NCBI GenBank assembly: GCA_012960845.1
Contig: DUAN01000191.1
Coordinates: 5,699-69,698, forward strand
DNA length: 64,000 bases
Reading direction: 5' to 3'
Source: Planctomycetota bacterium
GTDB lineage: Bacteria > Planctomycetota > UBA8108 > UBA1146
Made by a program: the position numbers and the translations under genes. Position 1 is the first letter of the stretch, and every line of letters begins with the position of its first letter. Below, one piece after another: positions 44,440-53,646 of this stretch. Under the pieces are notes generated by a model. It was given only the letters and a program-made list of their open reading frames with translations. It made no database searches and was not told the DNA's origin.

Positions 44440-47013
44440 TCAGAAACAGGTGAGCGAATCCGCAGTCGGATCGGGACCGGGCGCGGGGAACGGTGGTGCA
44501 GGAGGTGCACCTCCGCTGAAGAGGTAACCGAGTACGCTGATCGCATCGGCGATATTGATAGTCCCCGAATCGTTGGAGTCGACAGCGTCCGGACAACTGG
44601 GCTCAATTCCCGAGACAAACAAGTAGTCGAGAGTCGTGATCACATCACCAAGATTGAGGACCTGATCCTGGTTGGCATCTCCTCGGAGGAAGATCGGGGC
44701 CGTCGACCCCACATCCACCAAACAAGACACTGGATCCGACTCGAGTCCATCCCTCAATGCGAGCAAGACATACTCACGATTCCCCGCAACAGCACCGGTG
44801 TCGAGAAAGGAAACTGCTTGTCCCGGCTGGATCGAGAGCAGTGCACCATCGCGATAGATCTCGATCACGTCATAATCCAGATCTCCATTGACCCACGAGA
44901 TCTGAACTCCACCGGGATCATCGACGCACGTCAAATTGTTCACCGGAGATGGAGGCGGAGAGCCTGGAGAGTTGTCAGAGATGCAGATGGATGGAGCACT
45001 CTCGAGGCCGCCTCGAATCGCCGTGACGGTGTATTCCAGCAAAGCCTGTGGAGCAAAAATGTCGGTGTACTGGGTAAGGGAACCGGGCAGGTTGGTGACG
45101 AAAGCACCATTCCTGGTGACCTGGATCAGGTCATAATCGAATGCGCCGACAATCCATGAAAGAATGACACCCGCCGGATCTGCAGGACAGGTCAACGCCT
45201 CGACCGGCGGCGGCGCCGTACTCACGGGTGAGTTGTCGACCTGGCACGAGACGGGAATGCTCGTGAGAACACCGCGAATCGCCACGATGCTGTAGTCTAG
45301 CAGCGACTGGGGAGCCAGATCGTCGACAAAGCTGGTCGCTCCTCCGGCGAGGTCGATCAACAAGGCACCGTTGCGTGAAATCTGGATCTGGTCGTAATTC
45401 AGGTTCCCCAGCGTCCAGTTGAGCTGGACTGATCCCGAATTGACGGTGCAGGCCAGAGCTTCAACCGGGTCGGGTGGTGTCGACGGTCCTCCACCGAGAA
45501 GATCGATGACGAGGTTTTGATCCGAATTGATCAGCACTGCAACAAGGGTGACAGGATCCAATCCGCTTCCTGGAAGCGGGGTGGCGGTCACATCATAGGT
45601 CCCAGCCACCTGACGAAGTGCGAAGGCACCCAGCCCATCGGTGTCATTCCCGTGGACATAGATGGTCGCTCCGGTGGTGCTATCAGTGAGGGTAATTTCT
45701 ACTTCCCCCACCGGTGTGACCCCTGCGAGGACGGTTCCCGTGATGGCGAAGCCATCGGGAACCACCACACTTCCCAGATCGACATTGCTCGAAACGTTGA
45801 CCACTTCGATCACCAGAGGAGCGGCACCACTCGAGAATTTCGGCCTGAAGGCGATGTCATAGGTATCGGGTACTACCTGGACGGAGAATACCCCCGAAGA
45901 ATTGGCGTTGTCATGGGCAGTAGGGATCTCTACTCCCGTAGCACTGATATAAAAGTCCAGATCGGTCTCCGGAACCGACTGCCCCGAGGAGTTGATCACC
46001 TCTCCAAAGACAGAGAAACCATCGGGTAGGGTCAGAACTCCCAGAGTGGTGCCACCCACCGCGATCGAGATCGGCGTCAGGATCGACACCAGGGTAGAGC
46101 CCTGAGGAGGATCGATTTCCAGCTGGAAATCTCCAGCGGGCACCAACACACTGAAAATTCCAGATCCATTGGTATTATCTCCCGGGGTGAGGATCTTCTC
46201 TCCAGTGATGGGATCTCGGACATCGATGTCTCCCGCAACTACCGGAGATCCTCCCATATCGAGAACGGTTCCGGTCAACGTGTAGCCATTTCGCAACACC
46301 ACGTCACCCACGTCTACAATGGTAAATAACGCAAGGTCTGAAAGCATTACTGGCACCAGCGGAATCGAACTACTCGAAGGATCTGCAACGAATCGAACAT
46401 CCCAGAATGCGGTCGAGACCTTGACCAGGAATTCTCCCGCGGCATCCGTTGTATCGCCGGAGAACGGAACGGCCTGACCGCTGATCGGAATGAAGAAATC
46501 CAGGTCCACCAGTTCCAGCGGCTGCCCCAACTCAGTCACCACACGCCCTGAAATGATTCCGGCATCCGCCAGTTGGATGGCTCCAAGATTGGTGCTACCA
46601 GAAAGGGTAACTGTCTGGAGAGTTCGATCGAAGAATGGAACCGTTGCGGGCGCTTGAAATGTGATGTCGAAGAAACCGGAGGGCACGGACTGACAGATCG
46701 CCAGTGAGAAACTACCATCGGCCAGGGTGAAATCCTGGCTTAAAGCCATCGGCTGTCCGGTCGAGAGCTGGGTGATGTCGATGTCGACCCCGCCGACTCC
46801 CTGCCCGTTGCTATCGACCACCACACCAGAGATCACCCAGGAAGAGGGTGTACATTGAGCGGTGAGATCCCCTGAGGATGGGGCCAAACAGGCCAGTATC
46901 AGGCACACGCCCCATACAACTCTTCCGACATCATTGAACACGAGAACGACTCCTCCACGAATTCCTGGCAATTCAACAGATTGCCCGGAAACCAACTGTA
47001 ACTTCAGCCACAT
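44440..47013 (-). CDS. Secreted protein (857 aa) with repeated carboxypeptidase-regulatory/Ig-like beta-sandwich domains, three FN3-like Cys-clamped 'RDG/RNG' modules and a variant dockerin-like C-terminal module
   Basis: Three tandem modules, C...G.V.LSW.....YD.IQI.RNGAL...L.G.ATSF.D......Y.V.AIRG.L.S.P.SC. C-terminus LRGDANQDQVLNLGDVITTLDYLFVSG...VDSNDSGTINIADAISVLGYLFSGGAPPAPPFPAPGPDPTADSLTCF. The tail is truncated relative to the others: it ends after the second-to-last Cys. Confidence 0.7.
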   Translation of the reverse strand: MWLKLQLVSGQSVELPGIRGGVVLVFNDVGRVVWGVCLILACLAPSSGDLTAQCTPSSWVISGVVVDSNGQGVGGVDIDITQLSTGQPMALSQDFTLADGSFSLAICQSVPSGFFDITFQAPATVPFFDRTLQTVTLSGSTNLGAIQLADAGIISGRVVTELGQPLELVDLDFFIPISGQAVPFSGDTTDAAGEFLVKVSTAFWDVRFVADPSSSSIPLVPVMLSDLALFTIVDVGDVVLRNGYTLTGTVLDMGGSPVVAGDIDVRDPITGEKILTPGDNTNGSGIFSVLVPAGDFQLEIDPPQGSTLVSILTPISIAVGGTTLGVLTLPDGFSVFGEVINSSGQSVPETDLDFYISATGVEIPTAHDNANSSGVFSVQVVPDTYDIAFRPKFSSGAAPLVIEVVNVSSNVDLGSVVVPDGFAITGTVLAGVTPVGEVEITLTDSTTGATIYVHGNDTDGLGAFALRQVAGTYDVTATPLPGSGLDPVTLVAVLINSDQNLVIDLLGGGPSTPPDPVEALACTVNSGSVQLNWTLGNLNYDQIQISRNGALLIDLAGGATSFVDDLAPQSLLDYSIVAIRGVLTSIPVSCQVDNSPVSTAPPPVEALTCPADPAGVILSWIVGAFDYDLIQVTRNGAFVTNLPGSLTQYTDIFAPQALLEYTVTAIRGGLESAPSICISDNSPGSPPPSPVNNLTCVDDPGGVQISWVNGDLDYDVIEIYRDGALLSIQPGQAVSFLDTGAVAGNREYVLLALRDGLESDPVSCLVDVGSTAPIFLRGDANQDQVLNLGDVITTLDYLFVSGIEPSCPDAVDSNDSGTINIADAISVLGYLFSGGAPPAPPFPAPGPDPTADSLTCF

Positions 47014-47091
47014 TCCTTACTATACCTGACATCAGGACAAGATCCGCTCGAAATGTCGACTCGGTCGATCCCGTTGAACTTCAATTGCTGA

Positions 47092-48174
47092 TTGGGATGG
47101 AATCATTTGATCAAGTATCTTGGCTCCAAGAGGGTGCTGATCCCCGCCATTGCAGGCCTGCTCGGGAACATTCCTGACTCCCGTAGCATCATCGATCTGT
47201 TCAGCGGGACCTCGAGAGTCGGCTGTGCCTTGAAATCGATCGGTTGGAGAGTGGTATCGAACGACTGGAATCATTACGCCAGGACACTGGCGATGTCTCA
47301 TGTGGTGTTCGACTCCGATCGTCTCGCAGAAGCCACGACCATCCTCGATCACCTGCGCCAGGTCGCCCCGGTCGATGGTTGGTTCACTGAAACCTATTGC
47401 CGTAAGAGTCGGTACTTCACCCCAGAAAATGGCGCTCGCATCGAGGGAATTCGACAAGCGATCGATCAACTCGATCTCGACGATGAACTCAGGTGCGTCG
47501 CTCTCACCTCCTTGATGGAGGCAGCGGATCGGGTCGATTCGACGGTCGGAGTCCAGATGGCCTACCTCAAGAGCTGGGCACCGCGAGCACTTCAACCGCT
47601 CCAGTTGCGGGATCCTGAGCCGCTCCCGAGGAGTCCTCACGGTAAGGCGGAGGCGCACCGGCTCGAGGCGCGTGAGGCTGCCGCCACACTGGAAGCCGAT
47701 GTGGCTTACCTCGACCCGCCCTACAACCAGCACAAGTATCTGGGCAACTATCACATCTGGGAAACCCTGGTGCTGTGGGATCAACCAGAAGTCTACGGCG
47801 TGGCATGCAAGCGGATCGAGTGCCAATCGCGCAGGAGTGATTTCAACTCTCGGCCAGGCATTCGTGCAGCGATGGAACAGATGGTCGAGCAGCTGTCCGC
47901 TCGCTACTTGCTGGTTTCCTTCAACAACGAGGGATACATCGATCGATCGGAGATGGAGCAGATTCTCTCCAGCCGTGGTCCAGTTCAGACTCTTTCACGA
48001 CCGCACCCTCGCTACGTCGGAGCGAAGATCGGCATTCACGACCCTTCCGGGCGCAAGGTGGGGAAGGTCTCTCATGTCAAAAATATCGAGCACCTGTTCC
48101 TGGTCGGCGAGGTCTCAATCTCCGATGAACTGTTGCAGGAGGTCGGATTGACCAGAGAACACTCCCTTCTCTGA
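47092..48174 (+). CDS. D12-class (Dam-like) N6-adenine-specific DNA methyltransferase, apparently orphan
   Basis: N-terminal LIKYLGSKRVLIPAI...IDLFSGTSRVGCAL...VVSNDWN (AdoMet motif). Catalytic DPPY motif in AYLDPPYNQHKYLGNYHIW. No adjacent restriction endonuclease candidate. Confidence 0.8.
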   Translation: MGWNHLIKYLGSKRVLIPAIAGLLGNIPDSRSIIDLFSGTSRVGCALKSIGWRVVSNDWNHYARTLAMSHVVFDSDRLAEATTILDHLRQVAPVDGWFTETYCRKSRYFTPENGARIEGIRQAIDQLDLDDELRCVALTSLMEAADRVDSTVGVQMAYLKSWAPRALQPLQLRDPEPLPRSPHGKAEAHRLEAREAAATLEADVAYLDPPYNQHKYLGNYHIWETLVLWDQPEVYGVACKRIECQSRRSDFNSRPGIRAAMEQMVEQLSARYLLVSFNNEGYIDRSEMEQILSSRGPVQTLSRPHPRYVGAKIGIHDPSGRKVGKVSHVKNIEHLFLVGEVSISDELLQEVGLTREHSLL

Positions 48175-48225
48175 CAATTCCCGATGGGAGCGATGGTCGT
48201 TGAAGAGACCTCGGCAATGATCGAA

Positions 48226-49044
48226 TCACTGAACTCCCAGCATTTTCCGAACGCGACTCACCTGGATCCGATCCCCCTCGGGGCAACTCAGTTCCCAGCG
48301 TTGAAGAGCTTTACTCAGTTTCTCCTCCGGTTCGGGCACTCCATGATTCAAAAATCTCAAGGCGCGCCAAGTTGCTGGATATTTCTCCAGCAAGGGCAGC
48401 CACTGCACGGCGACCACTCGAAGAAGATCTCGATCCTGCGGGTTCTGCTGAAGTTGACTCTGATGCTCCAGCCTCCACTTCTTGAAACGGATGCCCTTCT
48501 CCAGAGTACCCTTCTCGATCAGATCGTCGGCATACTGCTGTAGATGGGCAGCGTAGGAACTCCAGTTGGGATGGGGCGGATGGTCCTTCCAGCGCTTCGC
48601 CATCTGTCGCAGTGTGAAGATGCTCGCCGCTTCGCAGACGGCTTCTTCGAGCCAATGATGCGGATCGGGATCTTCATCGAAGCCGCACAGAATATGCCCC
48701 ATCTCGTGCCCGAACTGATAGGCCATCTGGGCCCAGCGCCGACCTTGGACCGCCAGCCGAACGCGGATGGCACCGTCAGGCCCTCTCCGATGTAGAACGA
48801 TCGGTCCACCGCTGGGCTCGACTCGTATCAGCGGAAGTTGTGGCGATCCTGCAGCCTGCCACAGCGGTTCAGCGGCCGAAAGCAGCACCGCATGGACGTC
48901 GACCAGGGTGGCATTCCCCCACCCTTCCTCGACCAGTTCGATGCGCAGGTCCGCCGCAACCACCGGTGACGCACTCCCGAGCAGCACCCAGAATAGAATC
49001 CCACAGGCGATCGATCGGACGGATGGAGTCGTCACAGTGATCAC
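48226..49044 (-). CDS. Secreted hypothetical protein with an HExxH motif (possible zinc-dependent hydrolase)
   Basis: Signal peptide ...ACGILFWVLLGSASPVVAADL. QFGHEMGHIL. Its stop overlaps the POT transporter gene start. Confidence 0.5.
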   Translation of the reverse strand: MITVTTPSVRSIACGILFWVLLGSASPVVAADLRIELVEEGWGNATLVDVHAVLLSAAEPLWQAAGSPQLPLIRVEPSGGPIVLHRRGPDGAIRVRLAVQGRRWAQMAYQFGHEMGHILCGFDEDPDPHHWLEEAVCEAASIFTLRQMAKRWKDHPPHPNWSSYAAHLQQYADDLIEKGTLEKGIRFKKWRLEHQSQLQQNPQDRDLLRVVAVQWLPLLEKYPATWRALRFLNHGVPEPEEKLSKALQRWELSCPEGDRIQVSRVRKMLGVQ

Positions 49045-51131
49045 TCCGGGATCTGTTCCTCCGGGGTTTGTTCCCCCGGTGGCGCATCTTCACCCTGGAT
49101 GTAGTCCTTCGGCCTGTAGAAGTAGGCCACCCCCATGAAGACGAACGCCGTGCCCAGCATCAATTGGGTGAAGAACCAGAAGTAGGGCGCACCCTGGAGA
49201 GTGGTCGCTCCCCCGACGTGAGCCAGGACATCCCCCTTGAAGGGCTGGACAGCAATATTGGCGGCCACGATCGGAGTGCGAACGGGCAGGAAGTCCTCGA
49301 CCGAAAGCGTGCCTGCTCCCTCGGTGCCACTCGCCTTCTCCAACTCGATCTGGGCCTTACGCCGCTCGATCCAGGAGTACCTCGGGGTGGCATCTGCATC
49401 TGTGGCGCTCTGGCGACTGGCCGCTTCCTGCTGCGATGCCACCGACAGGCTGGCGACCTCGACCCCGATCCAGGCATCGAAGGGGGTGTGCTGGATACCA
49501 TCAGGGCCATCGCTGGAGATGAGGAAGTTCTGGCGGCTGATCAACTGGTATCGCAGTGGATTTCCCCAGGGGTCCTTCAAGGCGCCAACGATTCCCCCTC
49601 CATCAGAAGTCAGTGGCAAACGATCTTCCTGTTGCCAGTACTGATCGATGAGACCCAGCCCCTGTTCCAGAATCGCCGTCTCTGCCAGCACCAGGCCACT
49701 CTTGCTGCCACTGTTAGTGAACTGCACCCGGATGTCATCGGCAGGGTCCTCGACCGAGAATCCCGGAAGAAGCAAGATGAAGCCCTCACCCTCTCCCTGG
49801 GAGTAGGTCATGTGGGCTTTTGTGGCGAGTTTCATTCGCTCGGGTTCTGTTTTCAATTCCTTGACCTCAGCCGCCACTTCCACGGCTACTGCGATCGTAT
49901 CGGGAACCACGATGTTGTGATTGACCGCCGCCGTGAAGTAGTTACCAAGAGAAACGCTCATCAGGAAGAGCGCCATGATCACCGACTTCATCTTCTTCGG
50001 CGCCTGGGTATAAGCAAACTCCAGTCCTGTGATGGAGACCATCACCTCGGCCGCGGTGAGGATCGAGTAGGCGAGAATTTGCCAGCCGATGGAGGGGCGT
50101 TCTCCGGCATCGATGAGCCCCTGGGCGATCGCCACCATGGCAAAGCCTCCGACCATCACGAATAACCCGAGAGAGATCTTTCTCACCGGTGTCAGTTTCC
50201 ACACCCGGTTGATGGCGGGGTAGACCAGAAACTGAAAGGTCGGGATCAAGAGCAGGATCATCACCGGGTTGACCGCCTGGATCTGCGATGCCAGCCACGT
50301 CACCCCGAGCCAGTTGCGATCCATATCCTGCGCCTGTAGCACCCAGGAGGAGCCGGTCTGATCGAACAGTGCCCAGAACACGGCGATGAAGATGAAGATG
50401 ACACTGACCTTGAGCATCGACTGGATGCCGACTGCGCTGAAGGTCTCACGAAACCAGGCTTTTCCACCCGGAGGGATGTGAACGAAGACATTTCGGCCCA
50501 TCCAGAAGGCAAAGGTGGCGATCGCCATCAAGATTCCTGGAATCCCGAAGGCCAGATGTGGGCCGTACCACTCCAGCAACCAGGGGGTCAGCAAGGTCGA
50601 CAGGAAGGCACCGGTATTGATGGAGAAGTAGAACCAACCAAATGCTTTGGTCAGAAGGTAGGAGTTCTTGATTCCAAATTGATCTCCGACGTGGGCAGAA
50701 ACACAGGGCTTGATTCCGCCGGAGCCGAGGGAGATCAGCAGCAGCCCGATCCACAGCGTCTGGAAAGGGTCGAGAGAAGCATGAATGCCCATCAGAGCGA
50801 GCACCCCATGCCCCGCACAATAGACCATGCTCAGCGCCATGATGGTCAGGTACTTGCCGAGGAAGATGTCGGCGATCAGCGCCCCGAAGATGGGGGTGAA
50901 ATAGACCGCAGTGGTAAACAGGTGGTAATTCTCGACCGCTGTGGCTCTCGCCATCGGATCGCCGCCGCTGGCCCCTGGCATCAAGAAAAGGAACTGCGTC
51001 ATGAAGACGACCAGGATCCCCTTCATGCCGTAAAAACTGAATCTTTCAGCCGCTTCATTGCCGATGATGTAGGGGATCCCCTTGGGAATCTCGGTGGTCA
51101 GGGGGGGCGTGGAGAGATGACTCGACGACAT
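49041..51131 (-). CDS. Proton-dependent oligopeptide transporter (POT/PTR2 family) with a ~200-aa non-membrane insertion
   Basis: ERFSFYGMKGILVVFMTQ and GALIADIFLGKYLTIMALSMVYCAGHG PTR2 signatures. 696 aa against ~500 aa typical. Inserted hydrophilic region EVKELKTEPERMKL...PFKGDV lies between TM bundles. Confidence 0.85.
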   Translation of the reverse strand: MSSSHLSTPPLTTEIPKGIPYIIGNEAAERFSFYGMKGILVVFMTQFLFLMPGASGGDPMARATAVENYHLFTTAVYFTPIFGALIADIFLGKYLTIMALSMVYCAGHGVLALMGIHASLDPFQTLWIGLLLISLGSGGIKPCVSAHVGDQFGIKNSYLLTKAFGWFYFSINTGAFLSTLLTPWLLEWYGPHLAFGIPGILMAIATFAFWMGRNVFVHIPPGGKAWFRETFSAVGIQSMLKVSVIFIFIAVFWALFDQTGSSWVLQAQDMDRNWLGVTWLASQIQAVNPVMILLLIPTFQFLVYPAINRVWKLTPVRKISLGLFVMVGGFAMVAIAQGLIDAGERPSIGWQILAYSILTAAEVMVSITGLEFAYTQAPKKMKSVIMALFLMSVSLGNYFTAAVNHNIVVPDTIAVAVEVAAEVKELKTEPERMKLATKAHMTYSQGEGEGFILLLPGFSVEDPADDIRVQFTNSGSKSGLVLAETAILEQGLGLIDQYWQQEDRLPLTSDGGGIVGALKDPWGNPLRYQLISRQNFLISSDGPDGIQHTPFDAWIGVEVASLSVASQQEAASRQSATDADATPRYSWIERRKAQIELEKASGTEGAGTLSVEDFLPVRTPIVAANIAVQPFKGDVLAHVGGATTLQGAPYFWFFTQLMLGTAFVFMGVAYFYRPKDYIQGEDAPPGEQTPEEQIPE

Positions 51132-51282
51132 GTATCAACACCTCACAGATTCAGCAGAATATCTGGAGGAAACCAACGCGGCTTCCCCGACCTCCGGAAG
51201 GCGAGGCCATCCGACTCGGGAGTGTGACAAAGGAGACCCCCGTTCGCAACCGGGCGAGCAGCGACAGAAAGCCGATTCAGAC

Positions 51283-52872
51283 TCAGTCGACAGCGAGCAG
51301 GTCCGAGACCCGTTGGATGTAGTCGGGAATCCTGAAGGGTTTCTGGAGGAAGTTCACCGATGGGGCAACCTCCTGAAGGACCGATTGATCATAGCCACTG
51401 ACCGCCAGCACTTTGGTATCGCCAGCGTGGTCCGAGAGGTAGCGCAGCAACAACTTGCCCCCATCCAGAGGCATCACCACATCGGTCACGACCAGATCGT
51501 ATGGGGACTCAGATTTCTGGATCATCTCTATCGCCTCCGCTCCTGAACTGGAGGTGTCCACCACGAAATTCTCACCTCGAAGAGCTCCAGCGGTCAATTC
51601 GAGGATCAGCGGCTCATCGTCGACCAGTAGAACCCTGTAGGATTCTTGCTCCGGAATCGATTCCTCGGCCTCGGTATCCAAGGTCAGTTCCAAGGTCGTC
51701 AGCGGAAAGAAAAGTTCAAATCGAGTTCCGACTCCAACGGTACTCTGCACGACAATTGAACCCTTGGACTGCTTCATGATCCCGTGAGCGATCGCCAGCC
51801 CGAATCCCTTTCCCCGCACGGGATCCTTGGTCGTGAAAAATGGTTCGAAAATCTGCTCTCGTATCGATTCTTCGATTCCGCACCCATCGTCTTCCACCGC
51901 CAGAACGACGTAATCGCCCGGGGGAAGATCTTGACCATGGCCCTCATCATTGGTGAGTGTGCGAGAGTTGAGTTCGATCCACAAATCCCCCTGCGGCTCC
52001 ATCGCCTCTCGAGCATTGATCACCAGATTGGTCACGGCCATCACCAGTTGAGTGGGGTCGACCTTGACCACGAGACCTGGAATATCAAACCCACGCGGGT
52101 GGAGTTTGATCGCCTTACTGGCCACCAACTCTTCCAGAACCGAGTAGAAGTCCTGCATTTTGGCGGCAACGTCCACGACTGTGTAGCGCATCACTTGCTG
52201 ACTGCTGACTGTCATCAATTGCTTGGTCAACTCTGCCGCTTGATTTGCCGCTTTCTGGATCCGATTCGCTTCGAACTTCGCATCTGACAGATCTCGGGTC
52301 TGATCTCTCAGGATACGATCGGAGCCGCCCAAGATGATCGCAAATAGATTATTGAACTCATGTGCAATCCAACCAGATACTCGACCGATGGCGTCCATCT
52401 TCAGCGACTTGCGAAGGATCTGCTCGAGTATCCTGTTCTCGGATACATCGATCAGGAATCCCTGATATTGCCCATCAGGCCGTTTTGCAGCCTGGAACTT
52501 CAGGCTGCAATGGCCAGACGAGGACTTGCGAAGTCGGATCTCGATGGGAGTCTTGATTTCTTCGATCGGGTCCATCAGATCTCGATCTTCCGGATGACAG
52601 AAATCGACCAGTCTCTGCCCGATCACGTCATCCACCTCATCGCCGAGTAGATGTGTCCATGCCTGATTTGCGTAGATAATGCACCCAGCATCGTCATAGA
52701 GAACAACGATGTTTGGCATCGACTCCAGAAGATGGCGATAACGATTTTCTGAAACTTTCAGGTGCTCGAAAATCTTGTTTTCGATCTGGATGTGAATCTC
52801 TAGATCATTCTCCGGATCAGAATCGGTCACACTGAGACTCCCACGGAATCCAGGAATTGCTGAGAGGTCCAC
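51283..52872 (-). CDS. Hybrid sensor histidine kinase / response regulator (PAS-HisKA-HATPase_c-REC)
   Basis: H-box [20 protein letters not shown]. HATPase G-boxes. C-terminal receiver [15 protein letters not shown]...[14 protein letters not shown]. Confidence 0.85.
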   Translation of the reverse strand: MDLSAIPGFRGSLSVTDSDPENDLEIHIQIENKIFEHLKVSENRYRHLLESMPNIVVLYDDAGCIIYANQAWTHLLGDEVDDVIGQRLVDFCHPEDRDLMDPIEEIKTPIEIRLRKSSSGHCSLKFQAAKRPDGQYQGFLIDVSENRILEQILRKSLKMDAIGRVSGWIAHEFNNLFAIILGGSDRILRDQTRDLSDAKFEANRIQKAANQAAELTKQLMTVSSQQVMRYTVVDVAAKMQDFYSVLEELVASKAIKLHPRGFDIPGLVVKVDPTQLVMAVTNLVINAREAMEPQGDLWIELNSRTLTNDEGHGQDLPPGDYVVLAVEDDGCGIEESIREQIFEPFFTTKDPVRGKGFGLAIAHGIMKQSKGSIVVQSTVGVGTRFELFFPLTTLELTLDTEAEESIPEQESYRVLLVDDEPLILELTAGALRGENFVVDTSSSGAEAIEMIQKSESPYDLVVTDVVMPLDGGKLLLRYLSDHAGDTKVLAVSGYDQSVLQEVAPSVNFLQKPFRIPDYIQRVSDLLAVD

Positions 52873-53438
52873 ACATCTGCGTAAAGTGGAAAGACATTTT
52901 CGCAGTAAAACTGCTGTTCGAAGGCGTTCATTCCACAGGTCGCATCTTTGAGAATCGACACCTTGTAACCAAGGTCAAGGGCGGATCGCCCCGCTGTATC
53001 CACGCAGATGGAAGTCACCACTCCTGCAATGCAAACGCGTTCCACATTCGCTTCGCCAAGTCGATCCGCAAGATCGGTGTTGGAAAATGCATTCAGTCCT
53101 CGCTTGCCCGAAACCACTTGGATGCGATCTCCATACTTCTTGAACTGCTCGATGATCTCGGATCCCACGGTTCCACTCTTGAATGCCCCAGCCTCTTTGA
53201 TCACCTTCATGATTCCGATGGGCTCGTGAAGTTCTTCGTAGTTTTCGCTGAAAACTATCGGAGTATTTAGCATCACCACTGCATCGTCATCGACGCTTTC
53301 GATGATGTGGAAGACGTTTTTCAACATCTTCTCGAATCCGTCGGTATCCTCGATGGCCCCGTGAAGAAGTCCATCTGGATGCATGTAATCGTTCTGAAAT
53401 CCGATCAGTAAAAGTGCCGTTCTTGGTGATTCTGACAT
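52827..53438 (-). CDS. Isochorismatase-family cysteine hydrolase
   Basis: MSESPRTALLLIGFQNDYMHPDG.... ATG at 53436-53438, with GGAGG 8 nt upstream. The track start at 53468 is an upstream extension. Confidence 0.8.
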   Translation of the reverse strand: MSESPRTALLLIGFQNDYMHPDGLLHGAIEDTDGFEKMLKNVFHIIESVDDDAVVMLNTPIVFSENYEELHEPIGIMKVIKEAGAFKSGTVGSEIIEQFKKYGDRIQVVSGKRGLNAFSNTDLADRLGEANVERVCIAGVVTSICVDTAGRSALDLGYKVSILKDATCGMNAFEQQFYCENVFPLYADVWTSQQFLDSVGVSV

Positions 53439-53448
53439 CTCTAAACCT

Positions 53449-53496
53449 CCTCTATTTATCCCCAACAACTCCTATTTATCCCCAGCAACTCCTGGG
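53449..53496. repeat. Imperfect tandem ~20-22-bp direct repeat x2 (cct(c)tatttatcccca[a/g]caact) immediately upstream of the isochorismatase RBS
   Basis: Seen directly in the sequence. It is AT-rich relative to its surroundings. Possible operator or duplicated promoter element. Confidence 0.45.
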
Positions 53497-53646
53497 ACTG
53501 GTCATAACTTCCAGACGGTCTGAGAAGGGAAAACCCTTCAAGCAACCTCTCTGATATTCTGGTTCACTAGAGGAACAACGCCAAACAGTCCCTGACAGAT
53601 CCTGGTTGCTGAAATCTGCCTACCACTGAACTCTCGAAGTAGCGCT

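Noticed and set aside
438-47013. A cohesin-type or sortase-like partner for the dockerin-like C-terminal module within the window.
   Set aside because: None of the remaining ORFs shows cohesin-like, sortase, exosortase, rhombosortase or T9SS-component features. The partner, if any, must be elsewhere in the genome or novel. I recorded this as a gap rather than a feature.
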